In this document: piece after piece, positions 1 through 12,300 of the stretch | Layout: each line of letters opens with the position of its first letter | Numbering within the stretch: the stretch's first letter is position 1 | Program-made: the position numbers and the translations under genes | Assembly (NCBI RefSeq): GCF_018350175.1 | Contig: NC_058383.1 | Coordinates: forward strand, 6,512,001-6,576,000 | From: Felis catus | Lineage: Eukaryota | DNA: 64,000 nucleotides | Direction: 5' to 3' | The notes under the pieces: generated by a model | What the model was told of the DNA's origin: nothing | What the model saw: the letters and a program-made list of their open reading frames with translations, nothing else | Database searches by the model: none

Positions 1-228
1 AATGGAGCAACAACTATTCAAATGGTTTTGCTAAATGTTTTGGGCTAGCTTTCAAGGCTGTTAAATTTTGTATCGCTGATTATATTAACTCCATGCTCAG
101 TGCGGACTGATGTGAGGCTCAGTCCACGACCCTGGGATCATGACCTGAGCTGAAATCAAGTGTCGGCCGCTCAACCGACTGAGCCACCCAGGAGTCCCTT
201 ATTTTCTGTATTTTTGATACTTTGCCAT

Positions 229-716
229 CTGTGGCCTCTCTGACCAAGGAGACACTGCCTCTCCCAGGGCTAGATAATTCTTACAGATAGCAAATGACTT
301 TCATATAGACTAACCAATCCAGAGCCCATACTCCAAACTGCCTCCTCCATCTAGCTCTCACGTTCTAGGAGGCAATATTCCTCTGTCCTAATCATCCCAG
401 GGCCAGATACCAAACAACTAGGAACAGCTCCTATGTTCCAGAACCTAATGAGATTATTCAAACTAGCCAATCCTAAACCTGCTCACCTCGCCTCACCCAT
501 TCCTGCCCATGAAACCACAATAAAGACCCGTGTGCATGCATTCCCTCCTGGCCTACCCTGGTGCTTCCCCACATGGGCCCAAGGGGCATGACATGCCAAT
601 GCTCCTGCTTCTAGGGATGGGTCCATGAGTATAGAAACTTCCCTCATGACGATCATTTCCATATCGGTATGTCTTATCATATCCCATTAAAACAAATCCC
701 AGGTACATTTAAAAAC
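229..716 (+). mobile_element. Solo LTR, ERV1 class (MER39/MER4-group-like)
   Basis: Repeated CCAAT motifs (taaccaatccagagccc, ctagccaatcctaaacctgc), internal AATAAA at ~519, TG start. Family assigned by eye. Confidence 0.55.
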
Positions 717-1479
717 GCCAATTATCTTCCCCCTCCTCTCACTTGTGAACCAATCCTGAGTCCCTGTAGGGAAACCAGCATGTCTGGGTCTTCCCAAGGA
801 ACACATCTTTGGGTGCTTCCAGAAATCACAAAATCATCACAAAGGCCCCTTGACCCTTCTACTCATAAACTACCAGGAACTGGGCCTGGAGATCTATTGT
901 GGAAAGGCCAACCCTGAGTTACAGTAAAATTGCAAGACTGGAAGGAAACCTGCTGGCTATTGTAAGGGACAATTCTTCCCTCTACTTCCTGAACCCTGGC
1001 TTAGACTACTGAAAACTGTACCCTGCAGCTTTGAAGCACTGATTCCATAAAACTTTTCTCTACATACATTGAAAAAAAAGTTTAAGTATAGGCAGCAAAA
1101 TAGTAACCAGACATTTAGACCAAGAGGAAAAGTGTATTATGAGAGTTTAGCAATTAGAAAGGCTACTGTGGGGTTAGGTACAGGACACACGCTCAACCCA
1201 GTCTTGGAAGATAAAGGAAGGCATTCGAGAAGAAATCATGTCTTTGCTGAAGTCTAAGGATGAGCAGGAATTAAACATAAAGGGGAGGTAGAGCATGTGG
1301 GAACGGAAGGTGGGTGTGGGGGAGGACCAGCTAAGAGTGCGTTTGGTGGCAGATAGCAGCACATGAGCAACAGTGGTACAAGCAATAGAGACATTTAATG
1401 ATCTTATATACCAACCCCTGCAGTCCCAGACGGTTTTGGAATTAGGTCTCCACCTTTCCACACTACTTTACTCTCAGGT

Positions 1480-1850
1480 CTATTAAGACAGTTGCCACAG
1501 CTCTAACCATCTTATCTTCCCACAACCATGTTTAAGACAGGTTAAAACATGTCTTTAAAAAAAAAAAAAAAAGACAGACTTCCTCATCATCCTTTTTATC
1601 AGGGACCTTATCTGTTCCCAGAAGGTCCCTAGGAAACTTCTTGACTCCATTGGCAGAAATGGGTCACACGCCCATCCCTAAGCCAATTAGCGGCAAGCAG
1701 CAATGGGGCTGCCACGTGAGGCATGGACCAATTGTGGCTCGTTCCCCGGACTAGGGAAGGGCCTGGCTTCTCTGAGAACTACCTGAACAAAAGTAGAGAT
1801 GCCAAGAGAGTAAAGGTGATGTGTAGAGAGCCACAGTGTCTGCTGCACAA
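1480..1850. mobile_element. Old MaLR LTR fragment (MLT1-like)
   Basis: cattggcagaaatgggtcacacgcccatccctaagccaatt resembles the MLT1J/K core. Confidence 0.45.
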
Positions 1851-1949
1851 AGGACATGGTGAGAGATGAAGGTGACAGAGCATGGGAGACCTTGACAACT
1901 TGTTACAGAGTATGGACTTTATTTGGAGAGCAAGAGAGGTTTGTCATAA

Positions 1950-2780
1950 TTCAATTCAGATTATGCATTGTGGGCAAGGACTACTAACAAGCAAAGTTGT
2001 GTCCCACCCACTGCATCACACCAGAAAATACATGATGTCAGTTTGTGTCACTGTTTGTGATGTTAAGTTTGATTACTTGATTAAGGTGGTGTCCACCCCA
2101 ATTGAAGAACATTTGATAAAATAATTGGTGTGGACTTTTCAAAACTGGTCAATGTTGTGAAAGGCCAAAAAAAAAAAAAAGGCTAAGGAGCTATTTCATA
2201 TTAGACTACAGAAATATGACAATTAAATACAACAAATGATCTTAGATTTGCTCTGGCATGAAGAAAAAGAAATTCAGGCATGCCTGGCTGGTTCAGTGAG
2301 TGGAGCATGTGACTCTTGATCTCGGGGTTGCATGTTCGAGCCCCATGTTGGGTACAGAGATTACTTAATTAAAAAAATCTTAAAAAAAATTGCTAGAAAG
2401 GACATTATTGGTGAAATTTGAATACAAACTTATAACAAACTTAAAATTATGTATTATATAATTTAAGTTTTATAATTAACGTGCCAATTATTTTGATACT
2501 AAATAATAATATTAAATTTATATTAAATATCCTGAATGTGATTGTTGTATTATAGTTACGTAAGACAAGGCCCTTGTTCTTCAAGATAAATACTGAAGTG
2601 TTTAGGGCTCCTGAAGAGTCATGATGCCTGTGACTTACAAATGATTCAACAAATAACCACTGTTATTATATGAGAGAGAAAGCAATGTAACAAAATGCTA
2701 ACATTTGGTGAATCTAAGTAGACAGGTATATTGTTATTAACTATACTATTCTTGCAATCTTTCTGTAGGTTTGAAAGCTT
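1950..2780. mobile_element. Ancient L1 (L1MC/L1ME-like) 3' fragments, interrupted by a short tRNA-SINE at ~2277-2390
   Basis: Typical L1M 3' UTR motifs (gatgttaagtttgattacttgattaaggtggtgtc; ggtgaatctaagta...cttgcaatctttctgtaggtttgaaa). Confidence 0.55.
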
Positions 2781-3788
2781 TTCGGGGGAGGGGGTAAGAA
2801 ATACAGATGTGATTGATGTGACATGACTTGGTAACTAACTGCCTGAGAACCAGTAATCAATCTGTGGTAGATCATGACACCTTGAAGCGAGAGGTAGAGA
2901 GGAGAATAGAATCTGAGGTGGGGAAGGGACGAGAAATAACAGGTTTTATATATTTTGAATTGGAATGGGAGCTGAAGGACATCAGATGGAGAAACTCAGT
3001 GGTTGTCAGAACTATCAGAAGTCAGCTACCTCTGTATGGCAGTTGAACCTGCGAGCCTACGGAGATCACTTAGGAAGTGTGTGCAGAGGGAGGCAGAAAC
3101 TTGAATTCATCAGTAGTTGAAGTTCAGGCCCAGAGGAGGAACCAAACAAGAACAGTTATACTCATAAGCAAACCAGCTATTTCATTCAGTCCTCTTACAA
3201 AAATATTTATCAGATTTGCAATTCTCCACCACTTTAAATTTGTTCCTGGAGAGACACTCTTTGTGTTGGTTAGTTTCCCTCCAGGTGTGGAATTACTCAA
3301 CTTTTCACCAACATCTTCATTTGGGAGTTTGACAAAATAAGACACCCACAAATATATCTGGGATATGAGCACAGAAAAGCCAAGGTATGCTATATACCAC
3401 AACTGAACTACAGTCATCCCAAGTTAATCCATTTCTGAAAATGATTCTAAGATCAAAAGAGACTATATTAGATTTCAAGTGAGAAAAGAATGCATGCATT
3501 GTCTGCCCAAAAACTCCAACCAGTTTCTCTAAATATCACTAAAACCCTCTTAAACACCCATAAAACAATTCTCCAAGCATTTCCACATAATATAAACATT
3601 TTATATGTTTATATGTATCACTACCTAATTATTTAACACTTAATAAACACTCCATAGTGATTACATTTGCCAGTACTATGCAATGGTATGCACTATATCA
3701 GATGACAATTAAATATTCCCTTTAACCTGCAAAAAACATGTACTGCAAAGCAAATAACAATGTGATAATGTGTTAAAGATACATAATT

Positions 3789-4280
3789 AGGGGCGCCTGA
3801 GTGGCTCAGTCAGTTAAGCAACCGACTTTGGCTCAGGTCATGATTTCACGGTTCATGGGTTCAAGCCCTGTGTCAGGGGGTGTGCTGTCAGTGCAGAGCC
3901 TGCTTCAGATCCCCTGTCTCCCTCTCTTTCTGCCCTTCCCCCACTTGTGTTCTGTCTCTATATCTCAAAAATAAACATTAAAAAATTTTAATAATAAAAC
4001 AAAGATAAATGTAATAGAAGTTAGCAAAACAAAATAGAGCAATTTTTTTAAATTTTTAATGTTTTATTTAGGTTTTGAGAGAGAGAGAAAACATAAATGG
4101 GGAAGGGGCAGAAAGAGAGGGGGACAGAAGATCCAAAGTGGGTTCTGAGCTGACAGCAGCTGACAGGCTGAGCTGACAGGCTGACAGCAGCGAGCCCTAT
4201 GCAGGGCTCGAACTCACAACTGCGAGATCATGACCTGAGCTGAAGTCAGATGTTCAACCAACTGAGCCACTCAGGCGCCC
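3789..4280. mobile_element. Two CanSINEs tail-to-tail (+ ~3789-3985; - ~4045-4280)
   Basis: GGGGCGCCTGAGTGGCTCAGTCAGTTAAGC tRNA-derived head, CT-rich region, A-rich tail, then the reverse complement. Confidence 0.85.
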
Positions 4281-4702
4281 TAAAAATAGAGCAATTTTTA
4301 AAAATAATTACTTACCAAATGATTCTGGTAATGGAGGACTAGGGTGACAGACAACTCTCCCGCTAATGAGCACTAGAAAGGTGGAAGAATATACAAAACA
4401 TCTGCTCAGAGATAAGAGAGAGCTAATCGGGTAGTCAATACAAGTCAATATCCAAAAGAAGAGAGAACATCAGAGAGTGAGCCTAGTATTTTAGGACTGC
4501 TTTACCCCAAGGAATATTTGTTGATTCCAAACCAGTTGGCTGAGAGCCCAAGCAGTACTTTTAATAGTCTATCATACTACAGAGACTAAAGATGGAGTCT
4601 AGGACCCTCCAAGGACAAAGGTCCTGGTAAACATCTATTATATTGGAGAGGGTTCTCCAGAGACACAAAACCAATAGAAGAAAGACAGAAAGACAGAAAT
4701 AC

Positions 4703-5124
4703 AGGGGCACCTGGGGGGCTCAGTTGGTTAAGCATCTGTCTTGATTTTGGCTCAGGTTATGATCTTGCGATTCATGAGGTGGAGCCCCACATGGGGCTCT
4801 GCACTGGCAGCACGGAGCCTGCTTGGGATCCTCTGTCTCTCCTCTCTCTCTCTCTGCCTCTCTCTCTCTCTCTCTCAAAATAAATAAATAAGCTTAAAAA
4901 TGAAAGAAAGACATGGGGCGCCTGGGTGGCTCAGTCGGTTAAGCATCCGACTTCAGCTCAGGTCATGATCTCACAGTTTATGGGTTCGAGCCCCGCGTGG
5001 GACTCTTGTGCTGACAGGTCGGAGCCTGGAGCCTGCTTCGGATTCTGTCTCTTTCTCTCTCTGCACCACCACCCCCACTTGTGCTCTGTCTCTCTCTGTC
5101 TCTCAAAAAATAAATAAATGTAAA

Positions 5125-5164
<40 letters not shown>

Positions 5165-5170
5165 TAAATG
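4703..5170 (+). mobile_element. Two tandem CanSINEs (~4703-4900, ~4915-5170)
   Basis: SINEC heads, CT repeats and AATAAA-rich tails. Confidence 0.85.
5125..5160 (+). repeat. (AAT)12 microsatellite in SINE tail
   Basis: Perfect trinucleotide repeat. Confidence 0.95.
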
Positions 5171-5229
5171 AAAAAAAGACAGGAAGAAAGGGGGAGAAAA
5201 GACATGTAGATATAGAAATAGATACACGG

Positions 5230-5635
5230 TTATACAGGCAGACAGACATAAAAAGACTTTATAAAAGGAATTGGCTTATATGATTACGGAGACTAGCAAG
5301 CAAAAAATCTGCAGAGTGGATATTCTTGTTCAAGTTTGAAGGCCAAAAGCTGCTGTACAACCAGAAAGAGCCAATGTTCCAGTTCAAAGGCTGTCAGGGG
5401 GCAGGAATTCTCTCTTACTTGGGAGAGGTCAGCCTTTTGTTCTATTGAGTAGTAAACAGATGCTATTATTGGATGATGCCCACCCATATTATGGAGGACA
5501 ATCTGCTTTAGTCAGTCTACCAGTCTAAAGGTCAATGTCATCCAAAAAGATCCTCACAGAAACACCCACAACAATATTTGACCAAATATCTGGGCATCCT
5601 GTGGCTCAGTCAAGTCGGCAAAATTAGCCATCACA
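5230..5635 (-). mobile_element. MLT2 (ERVL) LTR fragment
   Basis: Minus strand begins TGTGATGGCTAATTTT...GACTTGACTGAGCCACAGGATGCCCAGATATTTGGTCAAATATTG, matching the MLT2 5' end. Confidence 0.7.
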
Positions 5636-6767
5636 TCTGTGCTTTGGGATGGGACAATAGGAGTAAGGATGAATTAGAAGATGAACATCTTTCCCAGAGA
5701 CTGAAGTCCATCTTTGAGTCATCTGGATGACCCAGAAAATTCTCAAATCCTAAAATTAGATTAAGGTGATCCCAGGAAGGGGCGCCTGGGTGGCTCAGTT
5801 GGTTAAGCGTCCAGCATCCGACTCTTGATTTTGACTCAGGTCACATCGGGCTCTGTGTTGACAGCCCGGAGCCTACTTCAGATTCTGTCTCCCTCTCTCT
5901 CTGCCTCTCCCCTGCTCGCACTCTGTCTCTGTCTCTCAAGAATAAATAAAACATTTAAAAATTTAAAAAAAGAAAATGGAGTAATAAAAAACAATCCAAG
6001 AGAAGGCAAGAAAGAGGAAAAAAACCAGAATAGGCAAGACAAAAAGCATATAACAAGATGGTTGAGTTAAACTCAAATATATCAGCAATTACTTTAAGTG
6101 TAAATGGATAGATATTTCAAAGATAAATATACTATAATAATAAATTGCAACTATATGTTGTTTATGAACAACACATCTAAAAACATAAGGTAAGAGAACA
6201 CTTATAAGTAAAAAGAGGGAAAAAAAGATATGCTAGGCAAACCCTAACCCCCTCAAAAAACTGGCTATATTAATATGGCTATATTAATATCAGCAAAGTA
6301 AATGTTGAGAGCAAAAGCATTATTAGAAAGGAATATTGCAGGTCACTTGACTGGCTCACTTGGTAGTCCATGGGACTCTTCATCTCAGGGTTGTGAGTTC
6401 AAGCCCCACATTAGGTGTAGAGCTTACTTGAAAAAAAAAAAGGAATATTTCAAAATGATAAAATGTCCAATTCATAACACATAACAATTCTATAACATGG
6501 AGGCACCTATGATATAGCTTCAAAGTATACAAAGAAAAAATAACAGACAGTAGAAATAGACAACCCCACGATCACTTGAGAGATATTAACCCACCTTTCT
6601 TAGTAATCAAAAGAATAAGCAAGCAACAACAAACGAGTAATTAAGCTAGAAATTATGCAATTAAGACAGAAATCAATAACAAAAATATAAAACTCCCAAG
6701 TTTAGAAATTAAGAAATGCCAATTGTACACAAACTCTTTCCAAAAATTTAAGACAAAGAGTACTTCT

Positions 6768-6996
6768 TTTTTTTTACTTATAATTTTTTTTTCAACGTTT
6801 ATTTATTTTTTGGGACAGAGAGAGACAGAGCATGAACGGGGGAGGGGCAGAGAGAGAGGGAGACACAGAATCGGAAACAGGCTCCAGGCTCCGAGCCATC
6901 AGCCCAGAGCCTGATGCGGGGCTCAAACTCATGGACCGCGAGATCGTGACCTGGCTGAAGTCGGACGCTTAACCGACTGCACCACCCAGGCACCCC
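6768..6996 (-). mobile_element. Young SINEC_Fc-type element
   Basis: Full length; perfect 16-bp TSD GACAAAGAGTACTTCT at 6752-6767 and 6999-7014. Confidence 0.92.
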
Positions 6997-7857
6997 TGGA
7001 CAAAGAGTACTTCTAAACCCATTTTATGAAGCCAGAATTACTCTAATAACCAGAAAAAAAAGATTACAAGAAAAGTAAACTGCAAAACAATATCCTTCAT
7101 AAGCCAAGATCTTAATTGCTAAATATTTTAAGCAATTGTTTTGACTTTGTTATTACTTTTTTAAATTTTTATTTCATTTTAGTGAGAGAGAGAATCCCAA
7201 GCAGGCTCACACTCAGTAACGGAGCCCCAAGTGGGGCTTGATCCCACAACTTTGGGATCATGACCTGAGCTGAAATCAAGAGTTGGATGTTCAACCAACT
7301 GAGCCATCCAGGCTCCCCATACTTTGCTGTTACTTTTAATAGTATGGCTTTGAGCAAGTTGCTTATAGCCTCTAAAGATTTAATTTTTTTAATTTTTTTT
7401 TTTATGTAATCTCCACCCCCAACATGGGGCTCAAACTCAAGATCCCAAGAGCAAGAGTCACAAGCACTACCAACTGAGCAAGCCAGGCGCTCTTTAAATT
7501 GCTAAATTGTTAAGAAAATTTTAGCAACTGAATGCAATAACATATAAAAATAATAATACACCAAGAGTAAGTAGGACTGGAATGTCTGGGTGGCTTAGTC
7601 TGTTAAGCGTCTAGCTTCAGCTCAGGTCATGATCTCGCAGCTGGTGGGTTTGAGCCCCACGTCGGGCTCTGTGCTGACAGCTCAGAGCCTGGAGCCTGCT
7701 TCAGATTGTGTCTCCCTCTCTCTCTGCCCCTCCCCTACTCATGCTCTGTCTCTCTGTCAAAAACATTAAATTAAAAAAAATTTTTTTTTAGAAAGAACTA
7801 AGTAGGACTTATCCCAACAACGCGTGTTTAGTTTAACACTCTAAAATCAATGTGTAT

Positions 7858-8097
7858 GGGGCGCCTGGGTGGCTCAGTCGGTTGGGCATCCGACTTCGGC
7901 TCAGGTCACGATCTCACGGTCCGTGAGTTCGAGTCCCACGTCGGGCTCTGGGCTGACAGCTCAGAGCCTGGAGCCTGTTTCAGATTCTGTGTCTCCTTCT
8001 CTCTCTCTCTGCCCCTCCCCCGTTCATGCTTTGTCTCTCTCTGTCTCAAAAATAAATAAACGTTAAAAAAAATTTAAAAAAAATAAAAATAAAAAAA
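7858..8097 (+). mobile_element. SINEC_Fc-type element
   Basis: Full length; 15-bp TSD TAAAATCAATGTGTA at 7842-7856 and 8098-8112. Confidence 0.92.
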
Positions 8098-8334
8098 TAA
8101 AATCAATGTGTAAAACTTCTATTAAAAACATAGGAGAAAATCTATATAACCTTCGATTAGGCACAGATTTCTTAGACATGACACCAGATAAATGGACTTC
8201 CTCAAAACTAAGAACTTCTGTTCTTTGAAAGATATTAATTAAGATAATAAATGAAGAGAAGCCACAGACTGGCAGAAAACAATTGGGAAAGAATACCTTG
8301 TGAGAATCAACTTGGTACAATATGTTCAAACAAT

Positions 8335-8745
8335 AACTGCCACAATTTATTGAGTGCTTTTAATGAGCCAAGAACTGATAAGCATTTTTAAAATGTTTAT
8401 TTATTTTTGAGAGAGAGTGTGAGCCGGGGGGGAGGGGGGGGGCAAAGGATCTGAAGCAGGCTCTACGCTGACAGCAGAGAGCTGTACGCAGGGCTCAAAC
8501 TCACAAAACTGTGAAATCATGACCAGAACAGAAACCAAGCATCAGACGCTTAACCAACTGAGCCACTCAGGCACCCTGAACTGACAGGCATTTTCTATGC
8601 GTTCTTTATTTTAATCCTAAGGACAACCCTAAGTGGTGGAAACTACTATCCTCATTTGACAGATAAACTGATAGAAGTTGACTTGCCCAAAGTCATATGG
8701 ATGATAAGCTGCAGAGTTTGAACCCAGTCCTATTTATTTCCAAAG
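8335..8745. mobile_element. MIR interrupted by a CanSINE (- strand, ~8388-8577)
   Basis: MIR core motifs tttattgagtgc, ctatcctcatttgacagat, gacttgcccaaagtca, tttgaacccag flank the SINE. Confidence 0.65.
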
Positions 8746-11249
8746 TCAATGAATTCTCTTAAGTACTCTATCATACTATCTTTCTATTAAAATAATCTAA
8801 GTTTGCATAACAACGTGGAAAAAGCATTAGAAGCGAAATGCGTTAAGAAGTGGCCTTGGCCTCCAGATTTACAGGCTAGTGAAATTAGGAAAACCATACC
8901 TGGTATTCATAAGTTTGCTTGTGTGTTTGTCTTATAAGTGTATTTGTTAAACTTTGGTATTTATATACCATCTGAGACGATCTTATGTTTCTAGACACCC
9001 CACAAACTAACTGGTCCCATCCCTGCACTATGGGAATGAACCGGGGAAGCAGCCTAGAGTGCCAAAACTTGCATGCATTTTTCAGTCCTCTGTACCGAAT
9101 TGTACAAGATCCTTTCTATAGGAAACTTTCCCTCCTTGGAACCATTTAGGATATGTCTAAAGGAGCGGGGCAATTAGGGCAATATCTAAAGCATACGCAT
9201 TATTAAGCATTAACACAGTGCATGCATTTATGCTTTTGTCCTTTTGTTTACTTATAACTTTTACAGGCATTGATTCGATATATATTTCCAACAGCCTTTA
9301 TGGTGAGTAGATGGTAGGCATTAACCCATGTAAGATACAAAATGGAGGCAGAGGGGTGCCTGGCTGGCTCAGTTGGAAGAGCATGACACTTGTGATCGTG
9401 GGGTGTGAGTTCGAGCTCCATGTTAGGTGTAGAGATTACTTTAAAAAAATAAAAATTAAAACAACAACAAAATAGAGGCAGATTGGCGGTGTTCACTGTT
9501 GTTCAGCTGGAGTTAAAGCAAAAACCAATCTTCTTACCCTACAAACCACATTCCAGATACTAAATCAAATCCCTCCTGAGCAGTAAGAAATCTTTGGACC
9601 TTTGCAAACAAGTAATCTTTTTGACCTACCATTGGGTACTTTCCTGATGTGTCTACACAAGCCTCTCCTCCCACTCACAACTGGTGGTAATATTGTGTTC
9701 TTTGAAGTCCCTCACTGTATATTTCATTCATTCATAGTTTCATTCAACAAGTATTAAGTAGGACCTTACTGGTTTGAGGCACTGGGTAGTTCTGTGTATT
9801 TAAAATTATGTGTAAACTGGTCTTATCCTAGCTTCTAAGCTCCTTGAGGACGGAAAGATCTTACCCGACTCTTCTCTAATTTACTGAAATGCCTAACACA
9901 ATATTTGGCACTTGGTGAGTACTCATTAACTTCTTGATTACTTGAAGTCTGACCAAATTCCAGTTCAATCCTGTTCTAATTTCAACTGAATCAATAACAC
10001 AAACAAAATCATCCCGTGACAGTATCCAACCCTTCATTTCCTCCCATTTCCCATTTCTAAGTACCACCTTCTCTGGTGCTAATTTTTTAAGAGAGAATCC
10101 TCACTTGGAATACAAGATCAGTGTCCTTATGCAAGTAAAAAACAAACACTGAATATAACTCACCCTCCTTGGAACGCCAATTGCTCTTATAACCAGGGCT
10201 TGACGGGATAATGGGAAATGCTCTGGACCTGGCATCAGGAGGCCATCCCTGGCATCGACTTGTATCAAAACCTTCATCAAGGTTTACTGATTTGCATTAT
10301 TCTCATCTATCCAGATTATAAACTCCTCCGAAGAAGGAACGGTTCTTTGTAAAGATCTAAATAAAACAGTTAATATTTTGACTCCGGATACCAATTCTAC
10401 ATACTTCTGGATTGGCTCACGTCAACTTGCAGACGCACGAGGAACCCTTGCTTCTACGTATGCCTTCCTTCCTATGCCAAGATAGTGTCACTGAGAGGGA
10501 AGTAATTAATTTAAAATGATCCTTCTGTTCTCTCAATCTGTCCTTCATCTCCCCAGAACCAACTTTGTAGCCTTGGGGCAAAATGAAACCAATTGCTCCC
10601 AATGCAATGCTCCTTGAACAACTGGAATAACTAATCCTAGAAAACAGAGTGTGGTTCTGACATCAGGAACGGGACGGGCTCACTTGTGTGAACATCACCT
10701 TCTAGGCAAACACTGGGGTCAAACTCGTAAACCACCAGAGGCATTCTGCTGGTGACTAGCAGTGGCTGCGAAGCCAGGAGTGCTGCTCCAGAATTTCTAC
10801 CAGTTCAAGGGCGCCAAGTCTAGCTCGAAGCGGGGTTCAGGGCATTTTGTAGAAGCCAAATCTGTACAGCAAGCGCTGCCTCCACGTTTTCTTAATTTGA
10901 TAAGTCTGTAGTTCACTATCCTGTAAATCTGGAGGCCAAGGCCACTTCTTACATATTTTGCTTTTAACACTTTTTCCACGTGTTGGGGGCTTGGAGTTGA
11001 CGAATCCCAACTCCTCTGTGTCGTGGCGCCACTTTGGGAGCAGGGAATACGTGATTCCCACCGAGGAAAGGTCGAGAAGTTTCCTCGGGGAGGGCCTCAG
11101 AGGTTTCCACAGCAGGAAACTGGATCTGAAGAGGGAAACTTCCCTCTGAAGGGAAAAGACTAGTCGTTCGTCGGGTCCATGTGGCTCGAAAAGGCCTCAG
11201 TTCTCACTAATTCATCTCCTGACAAAACCACTTGTGAAAGCGCCAACGC

Positions 11250-12300
11250 TCCACGGTTCGGTCCGCGAGTCCGAGGAAACTTTCTGAAAAAAGAAATAAG
11301 ACATCCATGCTGCTTCGCCACCACCTTGGAGCCTCCGTGTGACGCCACTGGCAAAGGGCCGCAGGAGCCCCGCTCATACGCCAGACCCTCCCCCGTCTCA
11401 CCCGCTCTGGACTCGGGCCGCGCGCGCCCAAGCTGCGCGCGTGCGCAGACTGCCTGGCGGACGCGCCGCGCAGGCGCCGTGGCCATTTCCGGGATCTGTC
11501 AGCCGCTCCCTCTGGGCCCCGGTCCTCCGCCCGCGCCCGCCGGAGCCTGTTCGCGTCGACTGACCAGAGTCCGCGAATTCTCCGCTCCGAGCCGGTCCGG
11601 ACTGCCCCGATCCCAGGTAAGGGACAGCACGGCGAGCTTCTGGCCCTGTTGGCCTCCAGTGGCCCGGCCTCTCCCCAGACGTTCTTGAACCCGCGGGGGC
11701 GGTGAGGCGGGGCTTAGGCCGCGGGGCCCACAGGCTGAGGGGCGGGCCGGGTCTCCTGGCCCGGCCTCCGGAGGGGGCGGGGGATCCCGGTTCTCGGTGA
11801 GGCCGGCCGAACCCGTGGGGTCTCCACCCTTGGCTTCTCTCTAGGTTCTCCAGCTCCAGACCTCTTCCAGGGCCAGAATTAGCGGCTCCTTCTCCTGTGC
11901 TTCCGTAACCCTATTTGCACCCCTATTATGGGCATTTATCACAATCTGTAAAATTGTAGTAAATGAAATCATCCTCCCCTAGTCGAACGTCACGACGGAC
12001 CATTCCTTTCTTTAGCGTCTAGAATAGGTACTGCACCACGCGGTGAGCGTCCCTGGAATGTTCGGCTCCGTTCTAGGGCCGCCGTCAATCTTTCAGTTCG
12101 GGGGGCCCTCCCGAACTCGAGAAAAAGACCTTCCCCCGAGTTCTTTTAAGATTCCCCCGCCCGAGTGCCTCATCTTAAGTCAGTAGTGCAGACTCGCTCC
12201 TCCCGCTGGCTCCGTGGAACCTTTTATACCAAAATTCCGATCCCGGCACCACCCCTATTCGTTGGGGGACCCTGGGAAGATTGCTTCTTTGAGTCCGCGT
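11250..12300. promoter_or_regulatory. ARPC1A: CpG island promoter of ARPC1A
   Basis: CpG/GC-rich stretch in an AT-rich background. NRF1-type CGCGCGTGCGCA at 11436-11447; overlapping YY1-like GCCATTT (11482-11488) and ETS ATTTCCGG (11485-11492); GC boxes; no TATA box seen. Confidence 0.85.
11480..11616 (+). other. ARPC1A: ARPC1A exon 1 (non-coding 5' UTR; start approximate)
   Basis: Strong donor CAG|GTAAGG at 11616/11617 inside the CpG island; no ATG; the next exon (from 16901) carries the start codon. Confidence 0.8.

Larger units (their letters stand above)
5975..8330 (+). mobile_element. Degenerate L1 ORF2 fragments broken up by several SINE insertions
   Basis: A-rich L1-like motifs (tcagcaattactttaagtgtaaatgga; ttttatgaagccagaattactctaataaccag; aaaacataggagaaaatct...gatttcttagacatgacacca). 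SINEs at ~5779, 6340, 6768, 7160, 7390, 7580 and 7858. Confidence 0.6.

Noticed and set aside
3077..3499. Hydrophobic ORFs as a possible exon or processed pseudogene (e.g. of an upstream neighbour such as MYH16)
   Set aside because: No recognisable protein similarity or convincing splice sites; I cannot identify this segment.
11560..11575. CAGAGU in the shared 5' UTR element as an iron-responsive element loop
   Set aside because: An IRE needs a 5-bp upper stem closing the CAGWGN loop and a bulged C 5 bp upstream. The flanks here (CUGAC/CCGCG) do not pair that way, and CAGAGU is partly in the stem of the better fold.
11160..11688. ORFs of 108-169 aa over the ARPC1A promoter
   Set aside because: Same GC-rich artefact; the 169-aa ORF runs through the exon 1 donor and has no recognisable homology.
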